DNA of 64,000 nt from Botryllus schlosseri (Eukaryota). A program made the translations under genes and the position numbers. The notes beneath the pieces are model-generated. The model saw nothing but the letters and a program-made list of their open reading frames with translations, was not told where the DNA came from and did no database searches. How positions within the stretch are numbered: position 1 is the stretch's first letter; every line of letters begins with the position of its first letter. Shown here piece by piece: positions 38,972 to 51,800 of this stretch. The DNA is taken from assembly GCA_051294905.1 (NCBI GenBank), contig CM119379.1:20026001-20090000 (forward strand), in the 5' to 3' direction.

Positions 38972-39815
38972 GTAATCAGACTATACCAATAGGCAGGTTC
39001 TGCGCAATATATAGCTGGAAGGCAGAAGATCAATGTACTGGAGAAATAAAATCGTGCATGCGACAATACTTCATTGCTGCAGATTGAGATTTACCTCTCA
39101 CAATCTGTAATAGTTGGCGCTGTCAAAATCTAAGATTGCCAACATGATAATGAATTTGTAAATTTTACAAATACTCAGCTATTGACAGGTATTATTTCAT
39201 GCTAACACCTTGTCTTCCTGTCTAACAATCTCTGCAATCCATCCAATTTCCTATGATAGGATGAAGTAATTATATGTTTCTATTCAGGTGCCTCATATAT
39301 TTTTGTGAAACTTCATGACTATCTTCTTTGGTAAACTAATGATTCTACTGCCTCAAACAGTTACAAAAATCGAGAGTGACTAATGTACTAGGAATTACAT
39401 ATTAACAAGGTAGTTATAAGGTGCACACTCCACAGCCTACAATCTGCACGGAACCCATACAAAATTATTTCTTTTAACTGAAATAGATGCACGAAGAAAA
39501 TAATTGGAGTAATGACCATTTAAATAATCACCTAAAACATTATAGAGATTTAGTCTACCAATTACTGTCCAGCGATATAAAATAATATACCTATATTTGT
39601 AATGCCCCTAAAGAATGACATCTACAAAATTCGATTACAAACTGTCATAATTCACATTACGTCACACATTCACATCATGCACTCATGGTATGCATATGCA
39701 CAGATCGTGCATATGTATATCGTGATTCGATGTGTAGGCCTATCCCGCAAAAACTTCAAAGACAGAAATATAAGTCCTATTCCTAATTCATTCATTTGTC
39801 ATTGAATAGTCTTAC

Positions 39816-42800
39816 CTTATATCCATTGTGCCAAGTTCTTTCAAGCGGGAAGGCGAGAGCTTCCTGGGATACTTCTGCCCTTGCCAAACACAAGAAGCGA
39901 TAGACCATATCGTAACGTAACAGTTAACAGGATTCGGACCGTAGTATGTTGTACAATTTACAGGATAAACTGTCACCAACAAAAAATATTAATACCATAT
40001 AACTAAATTAGACCGATAGCTAATAACTACCTAGACCAAAGCAGTGCATTTGACTTGTGCTATCACCGTTGTCAGACATCCTTCTTGTCGTGTTGGTCTC
40101 ATTAATCACTTGCCTGTGATCAGTGAAAGAGTATGTGTAACTTGACGTATCTTTATCTTCGGATATAGATCTAGGCTCATTTAATTGTAGGCTTATGTTG
40201 TGTGCAAAACATCATGTGTAACCTACATAAAATAGCAATTGTTAATGTACCTTAGATTAAGGGAATCGATACGAGCGTGTTCTGTAGAATCCAATTTTGT
40301 AGGATAACGTGTGCCTACATCCAGGCATTCGGCAGTTTCCCATATTGTTTCCAAACATTCTGTCGGGTGCGGACCATAATACTTCAAGCAGCCATCAGGA
40401 TATACTGCATGAATTATCATATTTTTTATCAGGATCAGTATTTAAAATATGATTACGGATAATAACCCATTCCAAAACACTTGATTTGATGAGACACGTC
40501 GTTGCTATCAGCAGATATAGCCGAGCTGTTGAACAGATCCAGAAGAGGCCTGCATGTAAATAATTAAATGTCGGTAAATTGATATCATGTAACATAGTCA
40601 CAATATCATAAAATTTCCGTTGGACAAGGAAAAGTACAAGGCAATTCAATTACTCTTAACCAACATTAATCATTGAAGCATGCAGTTTTGAAATATCTCA
40701 CCTCAAACCCATACCAGTGAAAGAATTTACTGCAGCAGATGAAAGCTTCGGTGGATATTCACTTCCTTCAAGCAGGCACCTCACCATACCCCATAATGTT
40801 ACAAGACACGGAATTGAATGGGCCCCGTAATATGTATCACATCCGGAAGGGTACACTATCACACAAAATATAAGTCCGATATAGAATACTTGTTTAAAAT
40901 CAAATGAATCTCACCAAGTCCGAAACAACGCAATTGACTAGTTCTGTTCCCAGAATCTGCAGTTGATTTGGTACCGTTGAATTCATCAATGATTTGACTG
41001 AAAGACCCAATGATCATTTGAGTGATCAATTAGAAATATAAAAAAGAAAGTTCACAAACCGAAGATTCATTGAATTGTGTCTTGTCAATTCACTGGAGGG
41101 TATTTTTGTCGGATAGGCATTTCCTTCTGGTATACAATGAGCATAGTCCCAGAGCGTTTCCAGGCATTCCACGGGATGCGGTCCATAGTATTTTGTACAG
41201 TGTGTTGGATATTCTTAATATACAGATACTTGGAAATCATTTTTATAATCCAGCAACAGATTCGAATTTTACCCATGCCAAAGCAATATGTTTGACTCAC
41301 AAGGCTTCCAGCATCAGCCGATAACGCAGTTGTATTGAAGAAGGCAGAGATTTGTCTGTTATATGTATACCTCAAGCAAGTGATAAGTTTTCAACATTAG
41401 GAGCTCACCTAATGTTCCATGTGTCAAGTTCCTTAAGTCGGGATTTTGCTAGTTTTTTGGGATATTTGTATCCTTGGCTTACACAAGTAGCGGTTGTCCA
41501 CATAGTAACCAAACAATCAACAGGATGAGGACCATAATATTTTATACAATCCTCTGGATAAACTGAAATGAAAAATGTAACAATAAATACAACCATGCTG
41601 GAGTTAAATGGCGCTTACCAAGACCGAAGCATTCCATCTGACTTTTACTATCTCCACTGTCTGATAATCGTCTCGTGCGATTAGTTTCACCAATCACCTG
41701 CCTGTTGCATGTTGGCATATGTTGAGGATTAAAAAACGTAATTTGCAAAACATTATCAACATCACCTTAGATTTAGATCATCTATACGTGTGTGTTCGGT
41801 AGAATTTAATTTCGATGGAAATCGTGTCCCTTCGGGGAGGCACTTAGCAGTATCCCATATAGTCTCCAAACAAGTGGTAGGATGTGGACCATAATACTTC
41901 TTACAATTATCAGGATATTCTGCAAAAAAACAACTCATGCACAAATAATACTAAGAATTGATGAAAGCATATACATACTCATTCCAAAGCACTTCATTTG
42001 ATGAGACACATCTCCATTGTCAGCAGAGATAGCGGATTTATTGAATAAGGCAATAACGGGTCTATAAAACAATAGCAGAAATTTTAAAGTGCGACAGTAC
42101 ATATTGATATATAATATAAACTAGGTTATTCAGTATGGTTTGACCTTTCGGCCATCTCTAAAACGGTATGCGCATTGTGGCATTACAAACTTACTCACAC
42201 TGACTTATGAAATGGACCAAGTTAAACAAAAACAACCATACAATCGTTATTATCAAATTTCTGACCATTGGCACAATCAGGTGACAGTGTATGAAGATTT
42301 TAAATAGCCGGATGAAGTTGAGGATAGCATTTTACAGTAATGGAAATTCTGGATAGTGTAACGGAGTTAATCTATTACCAATAGAACCTTATTGGCTTCG
42401 TGGTCCCCTTTGGACCGTTAAGGGACACTCGCGGACCCCCAAGCTTTAGCTAAAATTTTGCTCTATTATCGTGCAACCGTCATCTATGTTGTCCAAATAT
42501 TAACTATAGGTTAGTGCTAAACAGCAGCAAAATGACCCTTCTTTGAAATAAAATCATACTATTTACATCGAAATTGTGAAGACTTTTATTATTTCAAAGC
42601 GAATTCTGTGGCCCCATTTCTCGAAATACACTGCTGTGTATCGAAAATCTGCATCGTCGATATGACATGAGCGAGCGCGGAAAATCCATTTATTTCCACA
42701 AAGATGGGTGTTGTGTTGGCGAATGTATTAATGTGTCACGCTTCTCACGTCACATTTTTATCTAGCAGCTCATCTTGAAGTTACTCTGGAACAGCCGCTA

Positions 42801-45800
42801 TGTAGATCCCAGGAGACAATGAAATTTTTTGCAAATTAATTTATTCCAAAACCCCAATAAAACATCTATAAACAGCAATATGTTTTTATCAGTAGGCTAT
42901 TGACAACATAGCGATTAAAATGAGTTTGCACAACAGAACATTTCGTCTCAGACGGTCATTCTGTTCAAGTGACCCCTGAAGTTTTAACTGTTATGAAGCG
43001 AAACTGCTTTATGATTTCTCTAATTTAAAAATATACAAATTAGGTTTTCACACATTTTGCAATTTGGAGGTTCTGCAGACCCCCAGAAATTGCTTTGCGG
43101 ATCCCTAGGGGTCCGCGGACGCCCGGTTGAGAATCAATGCAATAGATGGATAAGTCTTTAAGATGGATGGTTAGTAGTTTCACAGAATTTTAATACTGTA
43201 GTAGAGTCTGGTAAACATTTAAACAAATGCTCGACAGTGAACATACGGGAGATGCTCAGCAGGTCAATGAGTCTACAAGAATAATTCACTTTATTGCCTA
43301 GATGTCTGTTGTAATTTTAAAATGAAAGGCAAAGGTTTTAGTCTTGGCACAAGCACGTTTCCAAGTATTGGAGTTTTTTCTGCGTTCTTTCTCACCCGAG
43401 TTGCTGTTTATAGAGAAGCCTTACAAAAACGCCCAGAAGGATGTGAATAATGACACCAACAGGAGAAAGAGAGCCGTAGAGAACAAAAGTAGCAAACACA
43501 GAGATCATGACCACCATCAATCAATGTCACTGTGACATCAGGCTTCAAAATCAATAGTAAATTGATAGTCCGCACATGGTCGTTTCAACTTCCACATGGC
43601 TGTTCACTGCAGCACATTGTATAATACGTGTCGCAAGTGGATGGAAATAACAGTAGTGTTTGTTGGATTTTGCAACCGCAGCGAGCATTTGATCATTTTG
43701 AAAATGCAAGGTTTATTGTTCCATGAAAAGTGACAGCCGACAATGCTGTGCGCTTTCAATATCAGTTGAGTGACATCTGACTCAATTTCAGTAGCGAACA
43801 AGCACATTCGAGTCACGGCATATTTGAGTCTCAATGACGATGATGGCTGAGGTTAAACTTTATTGATTTAAATAATATATGTCAATGTCATAACAATGTG
43901 TCACTCACAATGTCTCTCTTAATTCACCATTTACTTGATCAAATCAATATTTACAATGTGTAAATCAGGGGTATCAAACTCAACTGACGTCGAGGGATTG
44001 ATTCAACAATTCAGATCGCTCACGGGCCGCACCAAAATTCCTTAATCCCAAAATACCTCAAAATCCATACTCTAGGTTTTCATTAACCAGCCTATATACA
44101 GAATAGTATAGTACATTATATTACATATCATATGGATTTTATTCTAGCTTAGCATTCTTCGCAAACATTCTAATTAGAAATATTGCAATGATTGGGCGGC
44201 TGAATACAGTTATAAACCAATAAAACGGTACCTCTAACGATGACATAAGTTGGCATACTTCTATGCTTCTTTCGATTTAGTGATATTTTGGCAATAAACC
44301 TGTGTATGCATTGTGAGGAAGGATTTAACTGTAAACGAGGACATTGGAATTTGCTTTGTATGATTATAACGCGATTCGGTTTCTCACAAGGCTGGAGAGC
44401 TCTATTATATATTCAATGTAGCCTGCATATTGGGGTTTTGCATCAGCGTTTTCGCTTCTGTGAATGACTAGTTAATAGTAGCCTTGAAGTACTACTTATT
44501 GGAAGCAAGACCTATTTCTTACCAAAAATATCAACATTTGTTGGAAATGAGGCTGGATAACGCACAAAATTTTAAATCTTCTCAGAATTGCTTCGTGGGC
44601 CGTATGTTTGACACCCCGGGTGTAAATGAAATGAACAGTATTCATGTCAGTCAAATGAGTTGTCATTATGTTGATTTGCTACCAAGTAAGTGATTATACA
44701 CCCAAAATGAGTAACAATGTATAGTAGAGTCGGAAATTGCATTTACCTCAAACCCATTCCAGTAAATGAATTGATAGCTTTTGGTGCCAGTTTCGGTGGA
44801 TATTCAGTTCCTTCTGGAAGGCACCTGACACTACCCCATAACGTGATGAGACAGGGGTTCGAATAGCCACCATAATATGTGTCACATCCAGAAGGGTATT
44901 CTAACGGGTAAAATCTTGAAAATAAATACACTACCATATGTAAACTGAGGAAGTCTCACCAAGTCCAAAGCAACGCAGTTGGCTAGTCCTGTTCCCAGAA
45001 TCAGCAGATGATTTGGTATTGTTGAAGTCATTGATAATTTGCCTGGCACAGCAAAAATAATCATATGAGTATTCAGTTAGGAATATTCATCAAATTCATT
45101 GATATTTTTTGCAGAATATCGAATTACCTAAGATTCATGGAATCGTGTCTTCTCAGTTCTGCGGAAGATATCTTGCTGGGGTATGCATCTCCCTCATATA
45201 TACAATGAGCATAGTTCCATAGAGTTTCGAGACATTCTATGGGATGGGGACCATAGTATTTTGTGCAGTGCTCCGGATATTCTAAAGACAATTTCTAATA
45301 GCCACCAGGAATGTAGAAATAAATAAATAAAAATTACCCAATCCAAAGCAATAGGTTTGGTTTACAAGACTTCCACTGTCAGCAGATAGTGCAGTTCCAT
45401 TGAAGAAACTGGATATCTCTCTGTTACATGTGTATGTTGAAGAGATGGTAAAGATCTGATGAGCATGATTTCACCTAATATTCCATGTATCAAGTTTCTT
45501 CAGTCTTGCAGAGGAGAGTTTTGTTGGATGTTTGTATCCTTGGCTGACACAAGTAGCAGTTGTCCACATGGTGACTAAGCAATCAACGGGGTGAGGACCA
45601 TAATACTTGATACAGGAATCCGGATATACTGATATGAGAATATTGTCAAAATTATATCGGGAATCTAGACACAAGTTAATGTCGAATACCAAGACCGAAG
45701 CATTCCAGCTGGCTTATACTATCTCCATTGTCAGACAATCTTCTTGTGGTATTACTTTCCCTTATTATTTGCCTAATGTACGGTAGAATTTGATTATTGA

Positions 45801-48800
45801 TTAATGTATATCGACAAATAGGATTAATCGCACCTTAGATTGAGATTATCTATTCGGGCATGTTCAGAGGCATTGAGTTTGATAGGAAATCTCGTTCCTT
45901 CTGGGAGGCACATAGTTGAGTTCCATATCTTTTCCAAACATTTCGTAGGATGAGGACCATAATACTTTTCGCAGTGATCAGGATATTCTGTTCGGAAGCA
46001 ACTTATATACAAATATTTTCAATGAAAGCGTAAATGATATACTAACTCATTCCAAAGCATTTCCATTGATAGGAGACGTCACCATTGTCAGCGGAAATTG
46101 CCGAATAATTAAAGAGCGCGGTAAGAGGCCTGCATAGCAATCGATCAAAGTTTCATAAAATGATTGTATTCAAAATAAATAGCCACATAAGCTGTATATT
46201 ATGCAATTAATTAAAGCATGGCTTGTTGGTAAAATTGTAACTGATATGGTCATCCTGTTCAGCACGATCAACAGCTGTATATGAAAATAAGAACATGTGA
46301 GCATACAAATATGTGTTATTTTAAATTATGGTATTAAAATGGAGCCTGTCCTTTGATATTTGAGGCCAGGTCATGGTATGGTATGGAATTGAATGAGAAA
46401 TTTCCATATTCCATACCTGACTCAATCGCTCCATACCATATTTGATACTTTTCCCATACTTTCCCAAGTTGCACAGCACCTTTCAGAAAACATTCTATTT
46501 TCGATGCTTGGAAATTTCTGACATTTATATTCCGATTATTTTGGATGATATTATCCATTTAAACGGCCCAATGCACCAATTCTAACCCCAATTTCTTTGT
46601 ATCATATGTCAGCAATGTAGATTGACAAATCATCGAAGACAGAAAGTAAAATATATACCAGGTTATTTTGGAATCTCAAGAAAAGATCATGACATTTAAA
46701 ACTAGTGTGGCAACGCCATGCTAATACGGAGATATCATCCACAAAATATCAAAAAAGAAAAGCATTGTCCCGTTAAGACATATCTTGGAAATTAATTTCA
46801 CAACATTACAATCATTGTCGGTTTTGCGACAGCGGATCAAATGTCCCATTCCTTTGGCAAGGTGTGGGTCATATACTCATTAGCTTCCTTAATCAACAGC
46901 AGGCTCTCCATTCTTTCATCAAAGATAATCAGACTTATTGAAGTTGCAATTCGTGTTGGAGGCTGTCATAGTGTGACGTTGCTTCGAGACAAAGCCAAAT
47001 ATTTTGAATTAAAATGATGCTTATGTCAAATATATGTTGTGTGATGGTCATCTGAGCAAAGAGCAAGAAATGACCTCTAAATTCAACAAATCGATTTTAA
47101 TATCCACCGCGAGTCTACAATTTTAAAACTGTTCTTGGTAGTTTACAGAATGGAAGTTACACATCGTTGAACCGATAAGGGAAATATAAGCTGTAAGATC
47201 GAGAGTGGTCGAATATCATTTTATTTTATTCAGATTGGAATAACTATCGTTAATATTATTTGGTTCATATGAGAATTATAAAACTTTTTTCTCTTTATAT
47301 AGATGTCGACGGGCGTGGGGGTCCGAGTCGGACTTCGAGATAAGAACATAGACTTGTCGGTGAATGATTTTCTGAGGTATGAAATAAGAAATTAGAAATT
47401 TCCATACCATACCTGCACTAATCCATATTTCATACCGAAATTTCGTTCCATACCATACCATGCAACTCCTTGGTAAATTTTATGTATGAATATATAATAA
47501 CTATTGTAAAACATTGATCCAAATGAAGAAGACTAATGAGGATGTATAAAAGTAGGGGGAATAAATGAATGGAACCTATATGACATACAAGAAATAAATA
47601 GGAGTTTCAATAAAACCAAATAAGCAAAACGTACATAAAAGCTTTTACCATGGCATATGCTAATTATATACCAATATACTAAGCAATTCTATTTAACGTT
47701 AAACAAAAGACAAGAACAATATTGACAAAGTTCTGAAATATAAAAATAGATCACCTCAAACCCATTCCTGTGAACGTGTTGACTGAGGTTGGAGTCAGCT
47801 TTGGTGGATATTCCGTTCCTTCTGTAACGCACCTGACACTATCCCATAGTGTGATAAGGCATGGGATTGAATAGGCACCATAATATGTTTCACATCCAGA
47901 CGGATATTCTAACGGAAGAATATTGATAAATAAATCCACCACCATATTCAAACTGAGTGAGTCTCACCAAGTCCAAAGCAACGCAGTTGGCTAGTTCTGT
48001 TCCCTAAATCAGCAGAAGATTTGGTACTGTTGAATTCATTAATGATTTCCCTGACATGACGGATGATGATAATATCAGAAATCAAATAGGAATATTCAAG
48101 ATACCATATACCAACCGGAGATTCATTGAATCGTGTCTTGTCAATTCACTGGAGGGTATTTTTGTCGGATATGCCGTTCCTTCCGGTATACAATGTGCAT
48201 AGTCCCAGAGCGTTTCCAGACATTTCAAAGGATGTGGGCCATAATATTTTGTACAGTGCGTAGGATATTCTTAATATATAAACTCTTGCAAAAAATCCTT
48301 AAAAATCCACCAACAGATCCGAGTATTACCCATGCCAAAGCAATATGTTTGACTCACAAGGCTTCCAGAATCAGCAGATAATGCAGTTGCATTGAAGGAT
48401 GCAGATATTTGTCTGTTATATGTGTAACTCAAGCAGATGATAACTTTTCAAAAGTAAGATCTCACCTGATGTTCCACGTATCAAGTTCCTTCAGCCGTGA
48501 ATTCGATAGCTTTTTAGGATATTTGTATCCTTGGCTGACACAAGTGGCAGTTGTCCACATGGTAACCAAACAATCAACAGGATGAGGACCATAATATTTG
48601 ATACAATCTTCTGGATAGACTGAAATAAATAATGTTAAAATAGTAAAAAAATCATGCTGGTGTGAAATAGCACTTACCAAGACCGAAGCATTCCATCTGA
48701 CTTTTACTATTTCCACTGTCTGATAATCGTCTCGTGGTATTAGTTTCTTCAATCACCTGCCTAATATGTAATAGCTTATATTCAGTTTGAGAAACGTAAT

Positions 48801-51800
48801 TTGCAAAAATAATATTAATCTACCTTAGATTGAGATTGTCTATACGAGCGTGTTCGGTAGAGTTTAATTTAGATGGAAATCGTGTCCCCTCAGGAAGGCA
48901 CTTAGCAGTATCCCATATTGTATCCAAACAAGTGGTAGGATGTGGACCATAATACTTCTTACAATCATCAGGATATTCTGCAAGAAAAAACTTGTGCACA
49001 AATATTACAAAAAAATGCTGAAAACATACACATACCCATTCCAAAGCACTTCAACTGATGAGACACATCTCCATTATCAGCAGAGATAGCAGAGTTATTG
49101 AATAAAGCAATAACAGGTCTATAATACAACAACAGAAGTTTTTAAGCACAATGCTATATCAATCTTTCAATAGTAAATTTGTTATCAACCATGGTCGGAC
49201 CTTAAGGACCACCTATATCACCAGACTGTTTAGAGTCAAGTGTACCTGTTTGATGCTGGTGTGATCAGACTAGATGACCTTCACGGTCTTATCGATCATT
49301 CCTATCTAATACCGAATACTGTGCATGCATATTTTCTGTACCACCACCACTGCCGTGTGTTGTGTATTTTGGTTGGATGAAAATAAAGACTCTCCCTCTC
49401 CCTAATGTACAGGTTGGTGTTATAAATTTACTCACACCAATAAATGAAATAAGCCAAGCCGGCTGACTGCCCGATCGTTGATTTCAAGTTTCAGCCAATT
49501 GGTACAATTTGGTGGGCACTATATGTTTTTAAATAGCCGTGTGACATCGTGGACTGAGTTCAAGAGTCATACAAATTTTGGTGAGTGCTACAGAGTTACT
49601 AATCCATCATCAATAGATGACAAAGATTTAGGGTGCTGGATTAGTATATCAGCAATGATAATGAAAGATGGATAGATAATGACCTAGAAATGTCAAGATC
49701 AATGAGATCGTGAACACCATAGACCTAACTGTGACATCAGGCAGCATTAATAATACCGAGGAGGATGTTATATTGATAAACAGCATATGGTCGATTCGTC
49801 ATCCTCCAATCTGTTCAATATATTGCATTCAGTCAGGTATGTCACACTGTACATTACATGTAGTGAGTGGATAATAATAATTGTATCGCTTGGTAAATTT
49901 CCCAACCGCGGCACAAATTAGTAATTCACCGCATCATGAGTTACTGTCATCATAGTAAGTTCCATACTAAGTGTCAAATGAGAATTCAAGTTCATTCGAG
50001 ACACATCTCATTTGAGAGACAAAGGCCAATGATGGTTGTGGCTTGACTCGTTGAATCAAATAGAATGTATCACAATAATGCGTCAATGAAATGAATTTAT
50101 GCCACTCAAATGAGCTGCCTCCATTTTAATTCACTAGTCAGTGCCTAAACAACCGACAAGCGTAATGCTGCATAGAAGAGTCAAATTATGTATTCACCTT
50201 AAACCCATTCCGGTGAACGCATTAATATCTTTCGGTTTCAGTTTTGGTGGATACTCAGTTCCCTCTGGAAGGCACCTGACACTATCCCATAGTGTGATAA
50301 GACAGGGGTTAGAATAGCCTCCATAATATGTGTCACACCCGGGAGGATATTCTAACAAGGAAAATATTGTTAAATATATTCACTACCGTATGTAAACTGA
50401 GTCTGAGTCTCACCAAGTCCAAAGCAACGCAATTGGCTAGTTCTGTTCCCAGAATCAGCAGAAGATTTAGTATCGTTGAATTCATTGATGATTTCCCTGA
50501 GACAACAAATGACGATAATACAAGAAAATACTTGGGCTTATTCATAAAACAATTTACGAACCGAAGATTCATTGAATCGTGTCTTGTCAATTCACTGGAA
50601 GGAATTTTTGTCGGATAAGCATTCCCCTCCGGTATACAATGAGCATAGTCCCAGAGCGTTTCGAGACATTCCAAAGGATGCGGACCATAGTATTTGGTAC
50701 AGTGCATTGGATATTCTTAATATTAAAAGACTTGAAAATATCCTTCATCATATCGTAACAGATCTGAGTATTACCCATGCCAAAGCAGTATGTTTGACTC
50801 ACAAGGCTGCCAGAATCAGCCGATAATGCAGTTGTATTGAAGAACGCAGATATTTGTCTGGTATGAGTGCACACTTAGGCAAGTGATCACTTACCAAAAT
50901 TAGAATCTCACCTAATGTTCCATGTATCAAGTTCCTTCAGCCGTGAATTCGATAGTTTTCTAGGATATTTGTATCCTTGGCTTACACAAGTGGCAGTTGC
51001 CCACATAGTAACCAGACAATCGACAGGATGAGGACCATAATACTTGATACAATCCTTTGGATAGACTAAAATGAAAAATGTATTGACAATAAAAAAAATC
51101 ATTATGGACTGAAATGACAGATACCAAGACCGAAGCATTCCATCTGACTTTTACTATCTCCACTGTCCGATAATCGTTTCGTACGATTAGTTTCAGCAAT
51201 CACCTGCCTGATGTACGATGACATATATTGATGATTCAAAAATGTAATTTGCAAAATATGATCAATGTCACCTTAGATTTAGATTGTCTATACGAGCGTG
51301 TTCAGTAGAGTTTAATTTAGATGGGAATCGTGTCCCCTCTGGAAGGCACTTGGCAGTACTCCATATAGTCTCCAAACAAGGGGTAGGATGTGGACCATAA
51401 TACTTCTTACAATCATCGGGATATTCTGCAGCAAATAACTCATGATTAAATATTACAACCAATTGCAGAAAACATATACCCACCCATTCCAAAGCACTTC
51501 ATTTGATGAGACACATCCCCATTATCGGCAGATATTGCAGAGTTATTGAATAGAGCAATAACAGGTCTATAAAACAATGGCAGAAACAGAAAGTACAATG
51601 TTATGTCAATAATTCTATAATTAGTAGGTTGGTAATTGCGTAACGGTTAGGATTGAGAACAATGATTCAGGTACTCGAATCTGCATCGAGTATTTGTTCT
51701 AATGATTCGGGTTGATTTTTTAGTACTGAAATTATACACTTATTGCTATTATGAATTAATTTATCAATTAGAACTCTTGTGTCGATAATATTTTCCACTG

